The notes under the pieces are model-generated. The model saw nothing but the letters and a program-made list of their open reading frames with translations. It was not told the DNA's origin and ran no database searches. This document shows, one piece after another, positions 1 through 8,652 of a stretch of 15,816 nt of DNA. This DNA is from Archangiaceae bacterium (GTDB lineage: Bacteria; Myxococcota; Myxococcia; Myxococcales; Myxococcaceae). The stretch lies in contig JAYVCD010000306.1 of assembly GCA_043750125.1 (NCBI GenBank), positions 1 to 15,816 of the forward strand. The letters are read 5' to 3'. How positions within the stretch are numbered: the first letter of the stretch is position 1; each line of letters opens with the position of its first letter. The translations under genes were made by a program, and so were the position numbers.

Positions 1-387
1 GCGATCGCCAGCCGAGGTGCGGGCGAGCTCTACGGTCTGGCGGTGCTGGCCGCGGACGTTCAGAACGACGCCTCCAACGCCACGAGGTTTGTCGCCCTCT
101 CGCGCGAACCCGGCAAGCCCGGCGGGAACAAAACGTCGATCGCCTTCACCCTCGAGCCTCACGTCGGCACGCTGCACGCCGCGCTCGGAGCGTTGGCCCG
201 TAACGGTCTGAACGTGACGAGGGTTGTTTCTCGCCCGCACCTCGCGCCGTGGCAGCCGGTCTTCCACCTGGACTTCGTGGGCGGGCCGGGAGCTCAGGCG
301 CTGGAAGAGCTGGCTGTGCTGACGACCCGACTGTGGGTGCTCGGCTCTTACGAAGGCGCAGTGAAGTCGGCGACCGAGTCGACGTAG
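1..387 (+). CDS. pheA: Prephenate dehydratase, C-terminal part (end of PDT domain plus ACT domain); 5'-truncated by the window edge
   Basis: Frame 1 is open from base 1: AIASRGAGELYGLAVLAADVQNDASNATRFVAL contains the PDT AIAS..A.ELYGL and N.TRF motifs. It is followed by the ACT-like KTSIAF..GTL..AL..LA.NGLNVTRVVSRP..W..VFHLDF..VLGSY. Confidence 0.93.
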   Translation, partial: AIASRGAGELYGLAVLAADVQNDASNATRFVALSREPGKPGGNKTSIAFTLEPHVGTLHAALGALARNGLNVTRVVSRPHLAPWQPVFHLDFVGGPGAQALEELAVLTTRLWVLGSYEGAVKSATEST

Positions 388-1454
388 GCCTGCCGGATTC
401 GCGCCGCGTAGCGCTTCAAGCGAGGCAGCTGCTCGAGCCCCAGCGCCTGCGGCCCATCACAGAGCGCGACCTTCGGCTGAGGATGAAAGTCGACCAGCAC
501 CATCGTGGCGCCGGAAACGATTCCCTGGCCGACGGTGTGGAAGATGTCGGGCAGCCCGTCGGGGCCCACGTCGGGCACTCCGACCGAGTGCGAGGGGTCG
601 ATGCACACCGGCAGACGGGTCAACCGGCGAACGACCGGAACGTGGGCGAAGTCGACCAGGTTGCGGTGGGGATCTCCCAGGTGGGTCTTCACTCCGCGCA
701 GGCAGAACACGATCTTTCGATTGCCTTCGCTGGCCACGTACTCACACGCGTTCAGCGATTCTTCGAGGGTGATTCCCATTCCTCGTTTGACCAGCACCGG
801 GAATTCCTGCTGCTGCCCGACCTGCTTGAGCAGCTCGAAGTTCTGGGCGTTGCGGGTGCCGATCTGCAGCATCACTCCGGTGGCCTTCCCCGAGACGGCG
901 AGCGCCTCGGTGATTTCATCGATGTGCCGAGGGTGGGTCACTTCCATCGCGACCACCCGAACCCCGTACTTCCCGGCGAGCTCGAAGACCCAGGGCAGGC
1001 AGTCCTTTCCCAGACCCTGAAAGTCGTACGGACTGGTGCGGGGCTTGTACGCGCCCATGCGGGTGGTGGTGATTCCGTTCTTCTGCAGCGCCGCCATCAT
1101 CTGCTCGACGTGGGCCCGGGTGTCGACGGCGCAGAGGCCGGCGAAGAGGTGCACCTGGTTCTCGTTGAAGTCGACGCCGTTGTAGTGAAAGCCGCTGCTT
1201 TCGGTTTGAGCCGCGTGGCGGCCGATCATCCGGTACTTCACTGAGACCCGAATGACCCGCCGAACTCCGGTGATGTTTTCAAACAGCGCGGTGGGAATCG
1301 TGGGCGTGGGGCCGATCAAATAGATCTCGGTCACGCTGTGATTCACGCCCTGAATGACGTGCTTCTTCGCAGTCAGCTCTTTGATCTGCGACACCTGCTG
1401 CATCACCGCAGAGATGACTGTCTCGTTGGAGTCCGGCTCGAGAATGATGATCAA
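348..1454 (-). CDS. aroF: 3-deoxy-7-phosphoheptulonate (DAHP) synthase, type I-beta, with N-terminal ACT/ferredoxin-like regulatory domain
   Basis: Motifs AGLCAVD, GAYKPRTSPYDFQGLG, QIGTRNAQNFELL, KRGMG, DPSHSVG and ALCDGPQAL. Start placed at TTG 1454 (MIIILEPD..., a typical N-terminus) just after the upstream stop at 1469-1471, rather than at ORF-track 1562. Confidence 0.92.
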   Translation of the reverse strand: MIIILEPDSNETVISAVMQQVSQIKELTAKKHVIQGVNHSVTEIYLIGPTPTIPTALFENITGVRRVIRVSVKYRMIGRHAAQTESSGFHYNGVDFNENQVHLFAGLCAVDTRAHVEQMMAALQKNGITTTRMGAYKPRTSPYDFQGLGKDCLPWVFELAGKYGVRVVAMEVTHPRHIDEITEALAVSGKATGVMLQIGTRNAQNFELLKQVGQQQEFPVLVKRGMGITLEESLNACEYVASEGNRKIVFCLRGVKTHLGDPHRNLVDFAHVPVVRRLTRLPVCIDPSHSVGVPDVGPDGLPDIFHTVGQGIVSGATMVLVDFHPQPKVALCDGPQALGLEQLPRLKRYAARIRQAYVDSVADFTAPS

Positions 1455-1468
1455 CGAGATGACCCGGC

Positions 1469-2059
1469 TTACTGCGAGACTTGTTTGAAGTTCTGCCCGC
1501 CGTTGTTGAGCCACAGATCGCTGCGCTCGCGGTAGCCGGCGATGTCGGAAGGCGCCTGGCACGCGACGCCGACGTGAATGGCGAACTCGATTTCCGTGCC
1601 CTTGGGCACGTTCGGAAGCGTGAACCGGCCGTTGACCAGCGGGCTGGGCACATCGCTGGACTTGAGGCTTCGGGTCGTCTTCCAGTTATCGGTCGTGTAC
1701 ACCAGCTCCTGCCACGGCACCGAGAGGTGGGTGAACCCCTGCGCGGTCCAACCCTTCGAGCCGGCGAAGTCCTGCAGCTCGCGCATTCTCGAATCGACGA
1801 TGAACTCGACCTTGCTGGTGGCGGCGGCGCGGCCGGGGCCCGAGAGGGCGCCGGGAGGCAGCGGGCGCGGCTCGACGAAACCATCGGGGGTGCTGATCAC
1901 GTGTCCCCAGGCATCCGAGGTCGGCGCGAGCGGGCCCGCGGGCGGAACTTCGGGAGCCGGTACCGGGCGGGTCGAGATCACATTTCCGAACTTGTCGGAG
2001 GTCTGGGTTCCAGCCGGCGGGCGCGGAGGCATCGGGGGCATGTTGCTGTTGATGGGCAT
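1469..2059 (-). CDS. Hypothetical 196-aa protein: Pro-rich disordered N-terminus plus C-terminal CBM21-like (starch/glycogen-binding-type) module
   Basis: ATG 2059 has AGGA 5 nt upstream. The C-terminal half carries LVYTTDNWKT...IEFAI...WLNNGGQNF, matching the CBM21-type pattern YTxDxWxT / hEFAh / WDNNxGxNY. Confidence 0.72.
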   Translation of the reverse strand: MPINSNMPPMPPRPPAGTQTSDKFGNVISTRPVPAPEVPPAGPLAPTSDAWGHVISTPDGFVEPRPLPPGALSGPGRAAATSKVEFIVDSRMRELQDFAGSKGWTAQGFTHLSVPWQELVYTTDNWKTTRSLKSSDVPSPLVNGRFTLPNVPKGTEIEFAIHVGVACQAPSDIAGYRERSDLWLNNGGQNFKQVSQ

Positions 2060-2103
2060 CGGGATTCCTGGGGTTAGACCTGCGGCCGAGTGGCAACCAC
2101 GGC

Positions 2104-2919
2104 CTAGCACGCTCTGTCGTGGGGGCGATCAAGGGAACTTTTGAGACTGCGCACGAAGCGGGTCACCTTCGCCGCCCGCGAAGCAATCGGGCCGGGTTGG
2201 GCCACCAACGAGACGATCGCGCTGCCGACCACCACCCCATCGCAGTGGCGGCCGAGCGCCCGGGCCTGATCCGGCTTGGAAATTCCGAAGCCGACGACGA
2301 CCGGCACCGGGCTCTCGCCGCGGACGCGATCGAGCTGGGCCCCGAGATCTTTCGGAAGCGCGGTTCGGGCGCCGGTGACTCCCGCGACCGAAACGAAATA
2401 GATGAACCCGGTCGCAACGGCGAACGCCGCCTGCCAACGTTGAGGCGTCGAGGTCGGGGCGAGCAGAAACACCACCGCGACCCCGTGTTGGCGCGCGAGC
2501 CGGACGAAGCTCTGCGCCTCTTCGGGCGGCAGGTCGGGGACGATCACCGCGTCGATTCCGGCCTTCGCACACGCGGACAAGAAGCGGCGTTCGCCGAAAG
2601 CGAGAATCGGGTTCAGGTAGCCCATCAGCACGATCGGCACCTGGGTCCGCGCGCGGATTCGAACGGCCAGGGCCAGGCAGTCCTTCAGGGTCGTGCCCGA
2701 AGCGAGGGCGCGTTCTGCGGCGCGTTGAATCGTGGGGCCATCGGCGATGGGGTCTGAAAAGGGCACGCCGATTTCGAGCAGGTCTGCGCCGCCTTCCACG
2801 CAGGCCAGCGCCATCGCCAACGAGCCGCGCAGATCTGGGTCGCCGCCCATCACATACGTCACCAGGGCGGCGCCGCCCTCGCGCTTGCGGCGATCGAACG
2901 CGTCGGACAGCCGGCTCAT
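2104..2919 (-). CDS. trpA: Tryptophan synthase alpha subunit
   Basis: [37 protein letters not shown] and GVVVGSAIV motifs; ATGA overlap with the trpB stop. Confidence 0.98.
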   Translation of the reverse strand: MSRLSDAFDRRKREGGAALVTYVMGGDPDLRGSLAMALACVEGGADLLEIGVPFSDPIADGPTIQRAAERALASGTTLKDCLALAVRIRARTQVPIVLMGYLNPILAFGERRFLSACAKAGIDAVIVPDLPPEEAQSFVRLARQHGVAVVFLLAPTSTPQRWQAAFAVATGFIYFVSVAGVTGARTALPKDLGAQLDRVRGESPVPVVVGFGISKPDQARALGRHCDGVVVGSAIVSLVAQPGPIASRAAKVTRFVRSLKSSLDRPHDRAC

Positions 2920-4112
2920 GACTTTTTTCCCAATGCGGCGCGAAGGTGATCCACGTCCTTGTCGCCTCGCCCCGAGACGTTGACGATCATCACCGCCTTC
3001 GGCCCCAGCTTTCGCGCCAGCTTCCGGGCGTGAGAAATCGCGTGCGCCGATTCGAGCGCGCAGATGATGCCCTCGGTGCGCGCCAGGTATTGCAGCGCGT
3101 CGAGCGCCTCGCGGTCGGTCGCGTGCGCGAGCGTCAAACGGCCGCTGTCCTTCAGGTGCGCGAGCTCCGGGCCGACGCCCGGGTAGTCCAGCCCGGCGCT
3201 GATCGAGTGGGCCTCGGAGATCTGCCCATGAGCGTCCTGCAGCACGTAGCTGCGCGAGCCATGCAACACCCCGGGCCTTCCCTTCTTCAGCGACGCGCCG
3301 TGGCGACCGGTGGACAGGCCGTGCCCCGCAGCCTCCACGGCCACCAATGCGACGTCGGGCGCGTCGACGAACTCGAAGAAGAGGCCCATCGCGTTCGAGC
3401 CACCGCCGACGCAGGCCACCACCGCGTCGGGCAGCCCCCCGGTCAATTGCTCACACTGCGCCCGCGCCTCGCGGCCAATCACCGACTGGAAATCGCGGAC
3501 CATCGCGGGGTACGGGTGGGGGCCGGCGACGCTTCCGATGATGTAGTGGGTGTCGGCCACGTTCGTCACCCAGTGGCGAATGGCCTCGTTCATCGCGTCC
3601 TTCAGCGTGCCGGCACCGGCGGTGACGGGGTGGACGCGGGCCCCGAGCAGCTCCATTCGAAAGACGTTCAGCGATTGGCGCTGCACGTCGAGCGCGCCCA
3701 TGAAAATTTCGCACGGGATCCCGAACAGCGCGCAGGCGGTGGCGGTGGCGACGCCGTGCTGCCCCGCGCCGGTCTCGGCGATCACCTTTCGCTTCCCCAT
3801 GCGCCGCGCGAGCAGCACCTGGCCCAGGGTGTTGTTTATTTTGTGTGCGCCGGTGTGACAGAGGTCCTCGCGCTTGAGAAAAATCCGCGCCCCTGCGCAG
3901 TCGGCGGTCGTGCGCCGGGCTTCGTAGAGCGCGGTCGGCCGACCGGCGTAGGTGCTCAGCAGCCCGTCGAGCTCGCGTTGGAAGAGAGGATCCTCGCGCG
4001 CCGAGCGCCAGGCGGCTTCGAGCTCGGTCAGCGCCGGAATCAAAGTCTCGGTGACGAAGCGACCGCCATAGTCTCCAAATCGCCCGTCTTCACCGGGGAT
4101 GCCACCCATCAT
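2916..4112 (-). CDS. trpB: Tryptophan synthase beta subunit
   Basis: [15 protein letters not shown] (PLP lysine), [28 protein letters not shown] and SGRGDKD. Start ATG 4112 (or 4109) with GGAG upstream, overlapping the trpF stop; the ORF-track extension to 4784 is spurious. Confidence 0.98.
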   Translation of the reverse strand: MMGGIPGEDGRFGDYGGRFVTETLIPALTELEAAWRSAREDPLFQRELDGLLSTYAGRPTALYEARRTTADCAGARIFLKREDLCHTGAHKINNTLGQVLLARRMGKRKVIAETGAGQHGVATATACALFGIPCEIFMGALDVQRQSLNVFRMELLGARVHPVTAGAGTLKDAMNEAIRHWVTNVADTHYIIGSVAGPHPYPAMVRDFQSVIGREARAQCEQLTGGLPDAVVACVGGGSNAMGLFFEFVDAPDVALVAVEAAGHGLSTGRHGASLKKGRPGVLHGSRSYVLQDAHGQISEAHSISAGLDYPGVGPELAHLKDSGRLTLAHATDREALDALQYLARTEGIICALESAHAISHARKLARKLGPKAVMIVNVSGRGDKDVDHLRAALGKKS

Positions 4113-4717
4113 CGTTGCTCCCTGGCTGCGCGAATGAAGCGCGCCATCGCGCTGTGACTCTTGATTCCCGGGGCAGACTCCACTCCGCTGGCGACATCGA
4201 CCCCGTAGGGGCGTACCACCCGAATTGCGCGCCCGACGTTCTCGGCAGTCAGTCCTCCGGCGAGCACCACCGGGAAGCGGCGCGCGGCCTTTCGGACCAG
4301 GGCCCAGTCGAAGGGCTCGCCGCTGCCCCCGAAGCCCGCCGAAGGAGCGTCGAAGAGAAACGCCGCCCCGCCCAAGCTGCGCAGGCCTGTCACCGACTGG
4401 GCGGACTCGACGCGAATCGCACGAATCACCGGCAGCCCCAGTCGACGCGCAAAACCTTTCGGCTCGTCGCCGTGCAGTTGAATGACGCCAATCCGCGTGA
4501 CCGCGACGATCTGGGCGATCTGCGCCGCGGTGTGGTTGACGAAGATTCCCACGGTCGAAACGAAGGGAGGCAGCGCGGCGATGATCTTCGCCGCGCGCGC
4601 CGGAGCGATGAACCGCTTCGAGCCGCGATAGAAATTGAAGCCGAGCGCGTCGACGCCCAGCGCCGCGGCCTCGAGCGCGTCTTCCAGCCGGGTGATGCCG
4701 CAGATCTTCACCCTCAT
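4109..4717 (-). CDS. trpF: Phosphoribosylanthranilate isomerase
   Basis: [27 protein letters not shown] and [13 protein letters not shown] motifs; ATGA overlaps at both ends. Confidence 0.97.
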   Translation of the reverse strand: MRVKICGITRLEDALEAAALGVDALGFNFYRGSKRFIAPARAAKIIAALPPFVSTVGIFVNHTAAQIAQIVAVTRIGVIQLHGDEPKGFARRLGLPVIRAIRVESAQSVTGLRSLGGAAFLFDAPSAGFGGSGEPFDWALVRKAARRFPVVLAGGLTAENVGRAIRVVRPYGVDVASGVESAPGIKSHSAMARFIRAAREQR

Positions 4718-5481
4718 CGCAGCAGCCTTTCCAGCAGGCGGGGGTCTCGAACCAACGCCTCGCCGACGAGCAGGTTTCGCGCACCCGCGGCCCGCAGCCG
4801 ACGCGCCTCCTCGATTCCGCGCACTCCGCTCTCGGCCACCGCGCGCACGTCTGCCGGGACCAGGGGCAGCAAGCGCTCGCTGACGGCGAGGCTCACTTCG
4901 AAGGTTTCCAGATTCCGGTTGTTGATCCCGATCAGCTTCGCGCCGGTTTCGAGGGCGACTTCGAGCTCGCGCAGATCGTGAACTTCGATCAGACAGTCCA
5001 GGTCCAGCGCCAAGGCCTCGGCCCGCAGGGCCTTCAGCTGTGGCGCGGTGAGCGCGGCGACGATCAGCAACACCGCATCGGCACCGGCCACCCTCGCCTC
5101 GAGCAGCTGGTAGCGATCGACGATGAAGTCCTTTCGCAACAGCGGCAAGCGGACCGCCGAGCGCACCTGGGCCAGGTCCTCCAGCGACCCGCCGAACCCG
5201 GGCCCGTCGGTCAATACCGAGATCGCCGTCGCCCCATCGGCCTGGTACCGGATGGCCAGCGCCGCGGCGTCGATCGTCGCGTCGATCGTCCCCAACGAAG
5301 GAGAAGCGCGCTTCACTTCGGCGATCACCCGCATCGGCCCATCTGAAAACGAGAGCGCCGCGGCCAGGCCCGCCCCGTTGCGCGGCTTGACTCGTGCTTC
5401 GAGCACCGCGTCGCTGAGCAGCGCTCGCCGCGCCCGAACCTCTTCGCGTTTTCGCCCGAGAATTTCGCTCAAGAAGCTCAT
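4714..5481 (-). CDS. trpC: Indole-3-glycerol phosphate synthase
   Basis: MSFLSEIL start at 5481; [43 protein letters not shown] and LVGEAL motifs. Confidence 0.97.
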   Translation of the reverse strand: MSFLSEILGRKREEVRARRALLSDAVLEARVKPRNGAGLAAALSFSDGPMRVIAEVKRASPSLGTIDATIDAAALAIRYQADGATAISVLTDGPGFGGSLEDLAQVRSAVRLPLLRKDFIVDRYQLLEARVAGADAVLLIVAALTAPQLKALRAEALALDLDCLIEVHDLRELEVALETGAKLIGINNRNLETFEVSLAVSERLLPLVPADVRAVAESGVRGIEEARRLRAAGARNLLVGEALVRDPRLLERLLR

Positions 5482-5509
5482 CGTCGGGCCACCGGTCGAT
5501 GCAGGGGGG

Positions 5510-6514
5510 TCATCGGGTTTGCTCCACCAGCGCCTGAAGCTTCGCCAGCGCCTGCCCCGCATCGATGGCGGAAGCGGCGAGCCGAATGCCGTGTCGGAAA
5601 TCTTCGGCTGCGTCGGCGGCCACCAGCGCCGCGGCGGCGTTCGCGAGCACCATGTCGCGCGGAGGCCCTTTCTGCCCGCCCAGCACGTCCCTCACCATTC
5701 GGGCGTTGTGAGCCGCATCGCCGCCCAGCAGCGCGGATACATCGCACCGCGGCAAGCCCAGCTCTTCGGGTGAAACCTCGTAGCTCACCACCCGCCCGTT
5801 TCGCACTTCGGCCACGCTCGTCGTCCCCCCGAGCGAGATTTCGTCCAGCCCCTGGCCGTGCACCACGAACGCCCGCAGCGACCCCAGCGAAACCAACACC
5901 TCGGCCACTACCGGCACCCACTTCGGGTGGTAGACGCCGAGCACCTGGTGCCGCGCGAGCGCCGGGTTTGCGAGCGGGCCGAGCAGGTTGAAGATCGTCC
6001 GCACTCCGAGCTCGCGGCGAATCGCCCCCACCGCCTTGAACGCCGGGTGGTGATGGGGCGCGAAGAGGAATCCGATTCCTACTTTCGAAATGCAGTCCTC
6101 GGCGACCGAGCGGCCGCCGTCCACTGCGACGCCCAATGCCTCGAGGACATCGGCTGAGCCGCAGCGCGAAGAGACCGAACGGTTGCCGTGCTTGGCGACG
6201 GTCACTCCGGCTGCGGCGACGACGAAAGCCGCGGTGGTCGAGATGTTGAACGTGTTCGAGCCATCGCCCCCGGTGCCGCAGGTATCGACGAAGACTCCAG
6301 CGTCGACCCGCACCCGCTCGAGGCGCGCGCGCATCATCATCGCGGCGCCGGTAATCTCTTCGGCCGTTTCTCCCTTCAGCCTCAGCCCGAGAAGCAAGGC
6401 CCCGACCTGGGCCGCGGTGGCCCGCCCATCGGCGATCTCGCCCATCACCTCGAAGCTTTCTTCACGGGTCAGGTCGACCGATTCGGAGACTCTCTGCACC
6501 GCGTGCTGGATCAT
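5510..6514 (-). CDS. trpD: Anthranilate phosphoribosyltransferase
   Basis: DTCGTGGDG..TFNIST, KHGNRSVSSRCGSAD, RTIFNLLGPLANP and GLDEIS motifs; ATG 6514 overlaps the trpG stop (ATGA). Confidence 0.97.
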   Translation of the reverse strand: MIQHAVQRVSESVDLTREESFEVMGEIADGRATAAQVGALLLGLRLKGETAEEITGAAMMMRARLERVRVDAGVFVDTCGTGGDGSNTFNISTTAAFVVAAAGVTVAKHGNRSVSSRCGSADVLEALGVAVDGGRSVAEDCISKVGIGFLFAPHHHPAFKAVGAIRRELGVRTIFNLLGPLANPALARHQVLGVYHPKWVPVVAEVLVSLGSLRAFVVHGQGLDEISLGGTTSVAEVRNGRVVSYEVSPEELGLPRCDVSALLGGDAAHNARMVRDVLGGQKGPPRDMVLANAAAALVAADAAEDFRHGIRLAASAIDAGQALAKLQALVEQTR

Positions 6515-7104
6515 GATCTCTTCCCCAGCCCGGCGAGCCAGGTGCCCAGCAGCTGCTGACCGCACGGGGTGAGAATCGACTCGGGGTGAAACTGGACCCC
6601 TTCAATCGGGAGCGTGCGGTGACGAACGCCCATGATTTCTCCCTCGTCGGTCCAGGCGGTGATCTTCAGACAGCGCGGCAGCGACCGCCGCTCGAGCACC
6701 AGCGAATGATATCGGCCGGCCACGAAGGGGGACGCGAGGCCGGCAAACAGCCCGTCGCCTCGGTGGCGCACCGGGCTGGCTTTTCCGTGGACGATGCGCG
6801 CGTTGCGAATCACCTTCGCTCCGAAGGCCTGACCGATCGCCTGATGGCCGAGGCAGACCCCGAGCAGCGGCAGCCGACCCGCGAGCGCGGTGATCGCTTC
6901 CAGCGTGACGCCGGCCTGGGTCGGAGTGCACGGCCCGGGCGAGAACACCACCGCATCGGGCCGCTGCCGCACGATGCCGCCGACGGAAATCGCGTCGTTT
7001 CGAAACACCCGAACCTCGGCGCCCAGCTCGCCCAGTCCGTGAACGAGGTTCCAGGTGAACGAGTCGTAGTTGTCGATCAACACCAGCCGGGTTCGCTGTT
7101 TCAT
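6511..7104 (-). CDS. trpG: Anthranilate synthase component II (glutamine amidotransferase)
   Basis: IDNYDSFT, SPGP, GVCLGHQ (catalytic Cys), RYHSL and QFHPES motifs; ATG 7104 overlaps the trpE stop (ATGA). Confidence 0.96.
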   Translation of the reverse strand: MKQRTRLVLIDNYDSFTWNLVHGLGELGAEVRVFRNDAISVGGIVRQRPDAVVFSPGPCTPTQAGVTLEAITALAGRLPLLGVCLGHQAIGQAFGAKVIRNARIVHGKASPVRHRGDGLFAGLASPFVAGRYHSLVLERRSLPRCLKITAWTDEGEIMGVRHRTLPIEGVQFHPESILTPCGQQLLGTWLAGLGKRS

Positions 7105-8516
7105 CGCCGCGGTCCCGCCTGCGCTTGAGCCAATGCCGAGAACAGCGCCCGCGCTTTGTTCAGCGTCTCTTCGAACTCGGCCGACGGCACCGAGTCGAAG
7201 ACGATTCCAGCTCCGGCCTGAACGCTCAACCGCTTCCCGTGTTGAAGCAGGGTGCGAATCGCGATGCACATCTCCATGTTTCCGTGACGGTCGAAGTACC
7301 CGACGCAGCCGGCGTACGGCCCACGACGGGCGGACTCGAGCGCATCGATGATCTGCATCGCGCGAATCTTGGGCGCGCCGGTGACGGTGCCGGCCGGAAA
7401 GGTCGCGCGCAACACATCGAGCGCGTCGCGACCCGGCGCGAGTGTTCCGCGCACCTGCGAGGCCAGGTGCATCACGTGGGAATAGCGCTCGACCGCCTTG
7501 AACACCTCGACCTTCACCGAGCCGATCTGCGCCACCCGCCCGACGTCGTTGCGGCCCAGGTCGACGAGCATCACGTGCTCGGCATTTTCCTTCGGGTCGG
7601 CGCGCAGCTCGGCTTCCAGCGCCGCGTCCTGCTCAGCAGTCTTCCCCCGCTTCCGGGTCCCCGCGATCGGCCGCAGGGTTATTTCCCGACCCTCGAGCCG
7701 CACCAACGTCTCGGGCGAGCTGCCGATCAACGCGTGACGACCGGCTTGCACGAAGAAGAGGTAGGGCGAGGGGTTGACCCGCCGCAGCGCGCGGTACAGC
7801 TCGAAGGGCGGCAGCCCGGTCTGCGCCTCGAACCGCTGCGAGAGCACGATCTGCTGGCAGTCGCCGGCGCGAATGAAGTCGCGGGCTTTCTCCACCGCCG
7901 CCTCGAACGCCTTGCGCGAGGTGCGCGCGACCAGCTTCACCGCCGGCCCCGCTCTGGGTCGGGGGTCTGACAGCGGCCGCCGCAAGACCTTGAGGACCGC
8001 GGAAATCCGGCGCAGCGCATCGGCGTGCAGGGCGCGGGGGTCGTCCCCTTCATTGCAGAGCACCTGCGCGATCACATGCAGCGTGTGCCGCAGGTTGTCG
8101 AAGGCGAGCACGGTGTGAAAATCCATCCACAACGCGCTGGGGAAACCCAGTGCGTCCGGCCGCGAGATCGGGACCCGGGGCTCGAAGACTTTGACCGCGT
8201 CGTAGGCGAGAAAGCCGACCAGCCCTCCGGCGAAGCGCGGCACCCCTTCCACGTCGACAGCGCGGTGAGCCGCCAGCTTCTTCGCGACCCAATCGAGCGG
8301 ATCTCCGCCGTCGGAAAGGTTCCACTCGAACCGGTCTCGAGGGCCGGCCCCGAGGAACGTCCACCGGCCGGTGCGCTCGCCCCCTTCGACCGACTCCAAC
8401 AAGAAGGCGTGGGTGTGCCCCTGGCGAAGCTTCAGAAATGCCGAGATCGGCGTCTCGACATCGGCGTCCACTTCGACCCGCACGGGAATCGCGTGCCCGG
8501 GACGACAGAGCTTCAA
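7101..8516 (-). CDS. trpE: Anthranilate synthase component I (true start uncertain, see findings)
   Basis: LLES, NPSPY, PIAGT, DPKENAEHVMLVDLGRND, FPAGTVTGAPK, IAIRT and QAGAGIV..S.P..E.EET.NK motifs; first gene of the operon. Confidence 0.95.
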   Translation of the reverse strand: MKLCRPGHAIPVRVEVDADVETPISAFLKLRQGHTHAFLLESVEGGERTGRWTFLGAGPRDRFEWNLSDGGDPLDWVAKKLAAHRAVDVEGVPRFAGGLVGFLAYDAVKVFEPRVPISRPDALGFPSALWMDFHTVLAFDNLRHTLHVIAQVLCNEGDDPRALHADALRRISAVLKVLRRPLSDPRPRAGPAVKLVARTSRKAFEAAVEKARDFIRAGDCQQIVLSQRFEAQTGLPPFELYRALRRVNPSPYLFFVQAGRHALIGSSPETLVRLEGREITLRPIAGTRKRGKTAEQDAALEAELRADPKENAEHVMLVDLGRNDVGRVAQIGSVKVEVFKAVERYSHVMHLASQVRGTLAPGRDALDVLRATFPAGTVTGAPKIRAMQIIDALESARRGPYAGCVGYFDRHGNMEMCIAIRTLLQHGKRLSVQAGAGIVFDSVPSAEFEETLNKARALFSALAQAQAGPRR

Positions 8517-8520
8517 AAAC

Positions 8521-8577
8521 TCAGGGAGCGACGGCTGCGTTGCTGCGGCTCGAAGAGAGCCAAAGTGTCACCGGCAT
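8521..8577 (-). CDS. Candidate trp leader peptide/uORF MPVTLWLSSSRSNAAVAP (18 aa)
   Basis: ATG lies 10 nt after the putative -10 box, one TGG codon (8562-8560), and the stop falls 4 nt before the trpE TTG. A single Trp and no strong terminator make this tentative. Confidence 0.35.
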   Translation of the reverse strand: MPVTLWLSSSRSNAAVAP

Positions 8578-8587
8578 CGAGCGTCGC

Positions 8588-8616
8588 TTTGTAGTGGCGG
8601 CTGCGCGGCATTGCAA
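8588..8616 (-). promoter_or_regulatory. Putative sigma70-type promoter of the trp operon
   Basis: Minus strand TTGCAA (8616-8611), exact 17-nt spacer, TACAAA (8593-8588), with AT-rich sequence upstream. Confidence 0.5.
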
Positions 8617-8635
8617 GAAGGCGGAAATACCGAAA

Positions 8636-8652
8636 TTTAGAAACATTCTAAA
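8636..8652. promoter_or_regulatory. Perfect inverted repeat TTTAGAA-ACA-TTCTAAA, candidate operator
   Basis: 7-bp perfect arms in the AT-rich divergent intergenic region, about 20 nt upstream of the putative trp -35 box. Confidence 0.45.

Noticed and set aside
4113-4784. 622-aa ORF suggesting an N-terminally extended or fused TrpB
   Set aside because: The extension is an alternative frame over trpF/trpC; TrpB similarity starts at ATG 4112/4109 with its own SD.
249-8594. Long plus-strand ORFs (e.g. 249-1244, 2946-4157, 4115-4981, 7125-7970)
   Set aside because: Antisense shadows of high-GC genes with no recognisable motifs.
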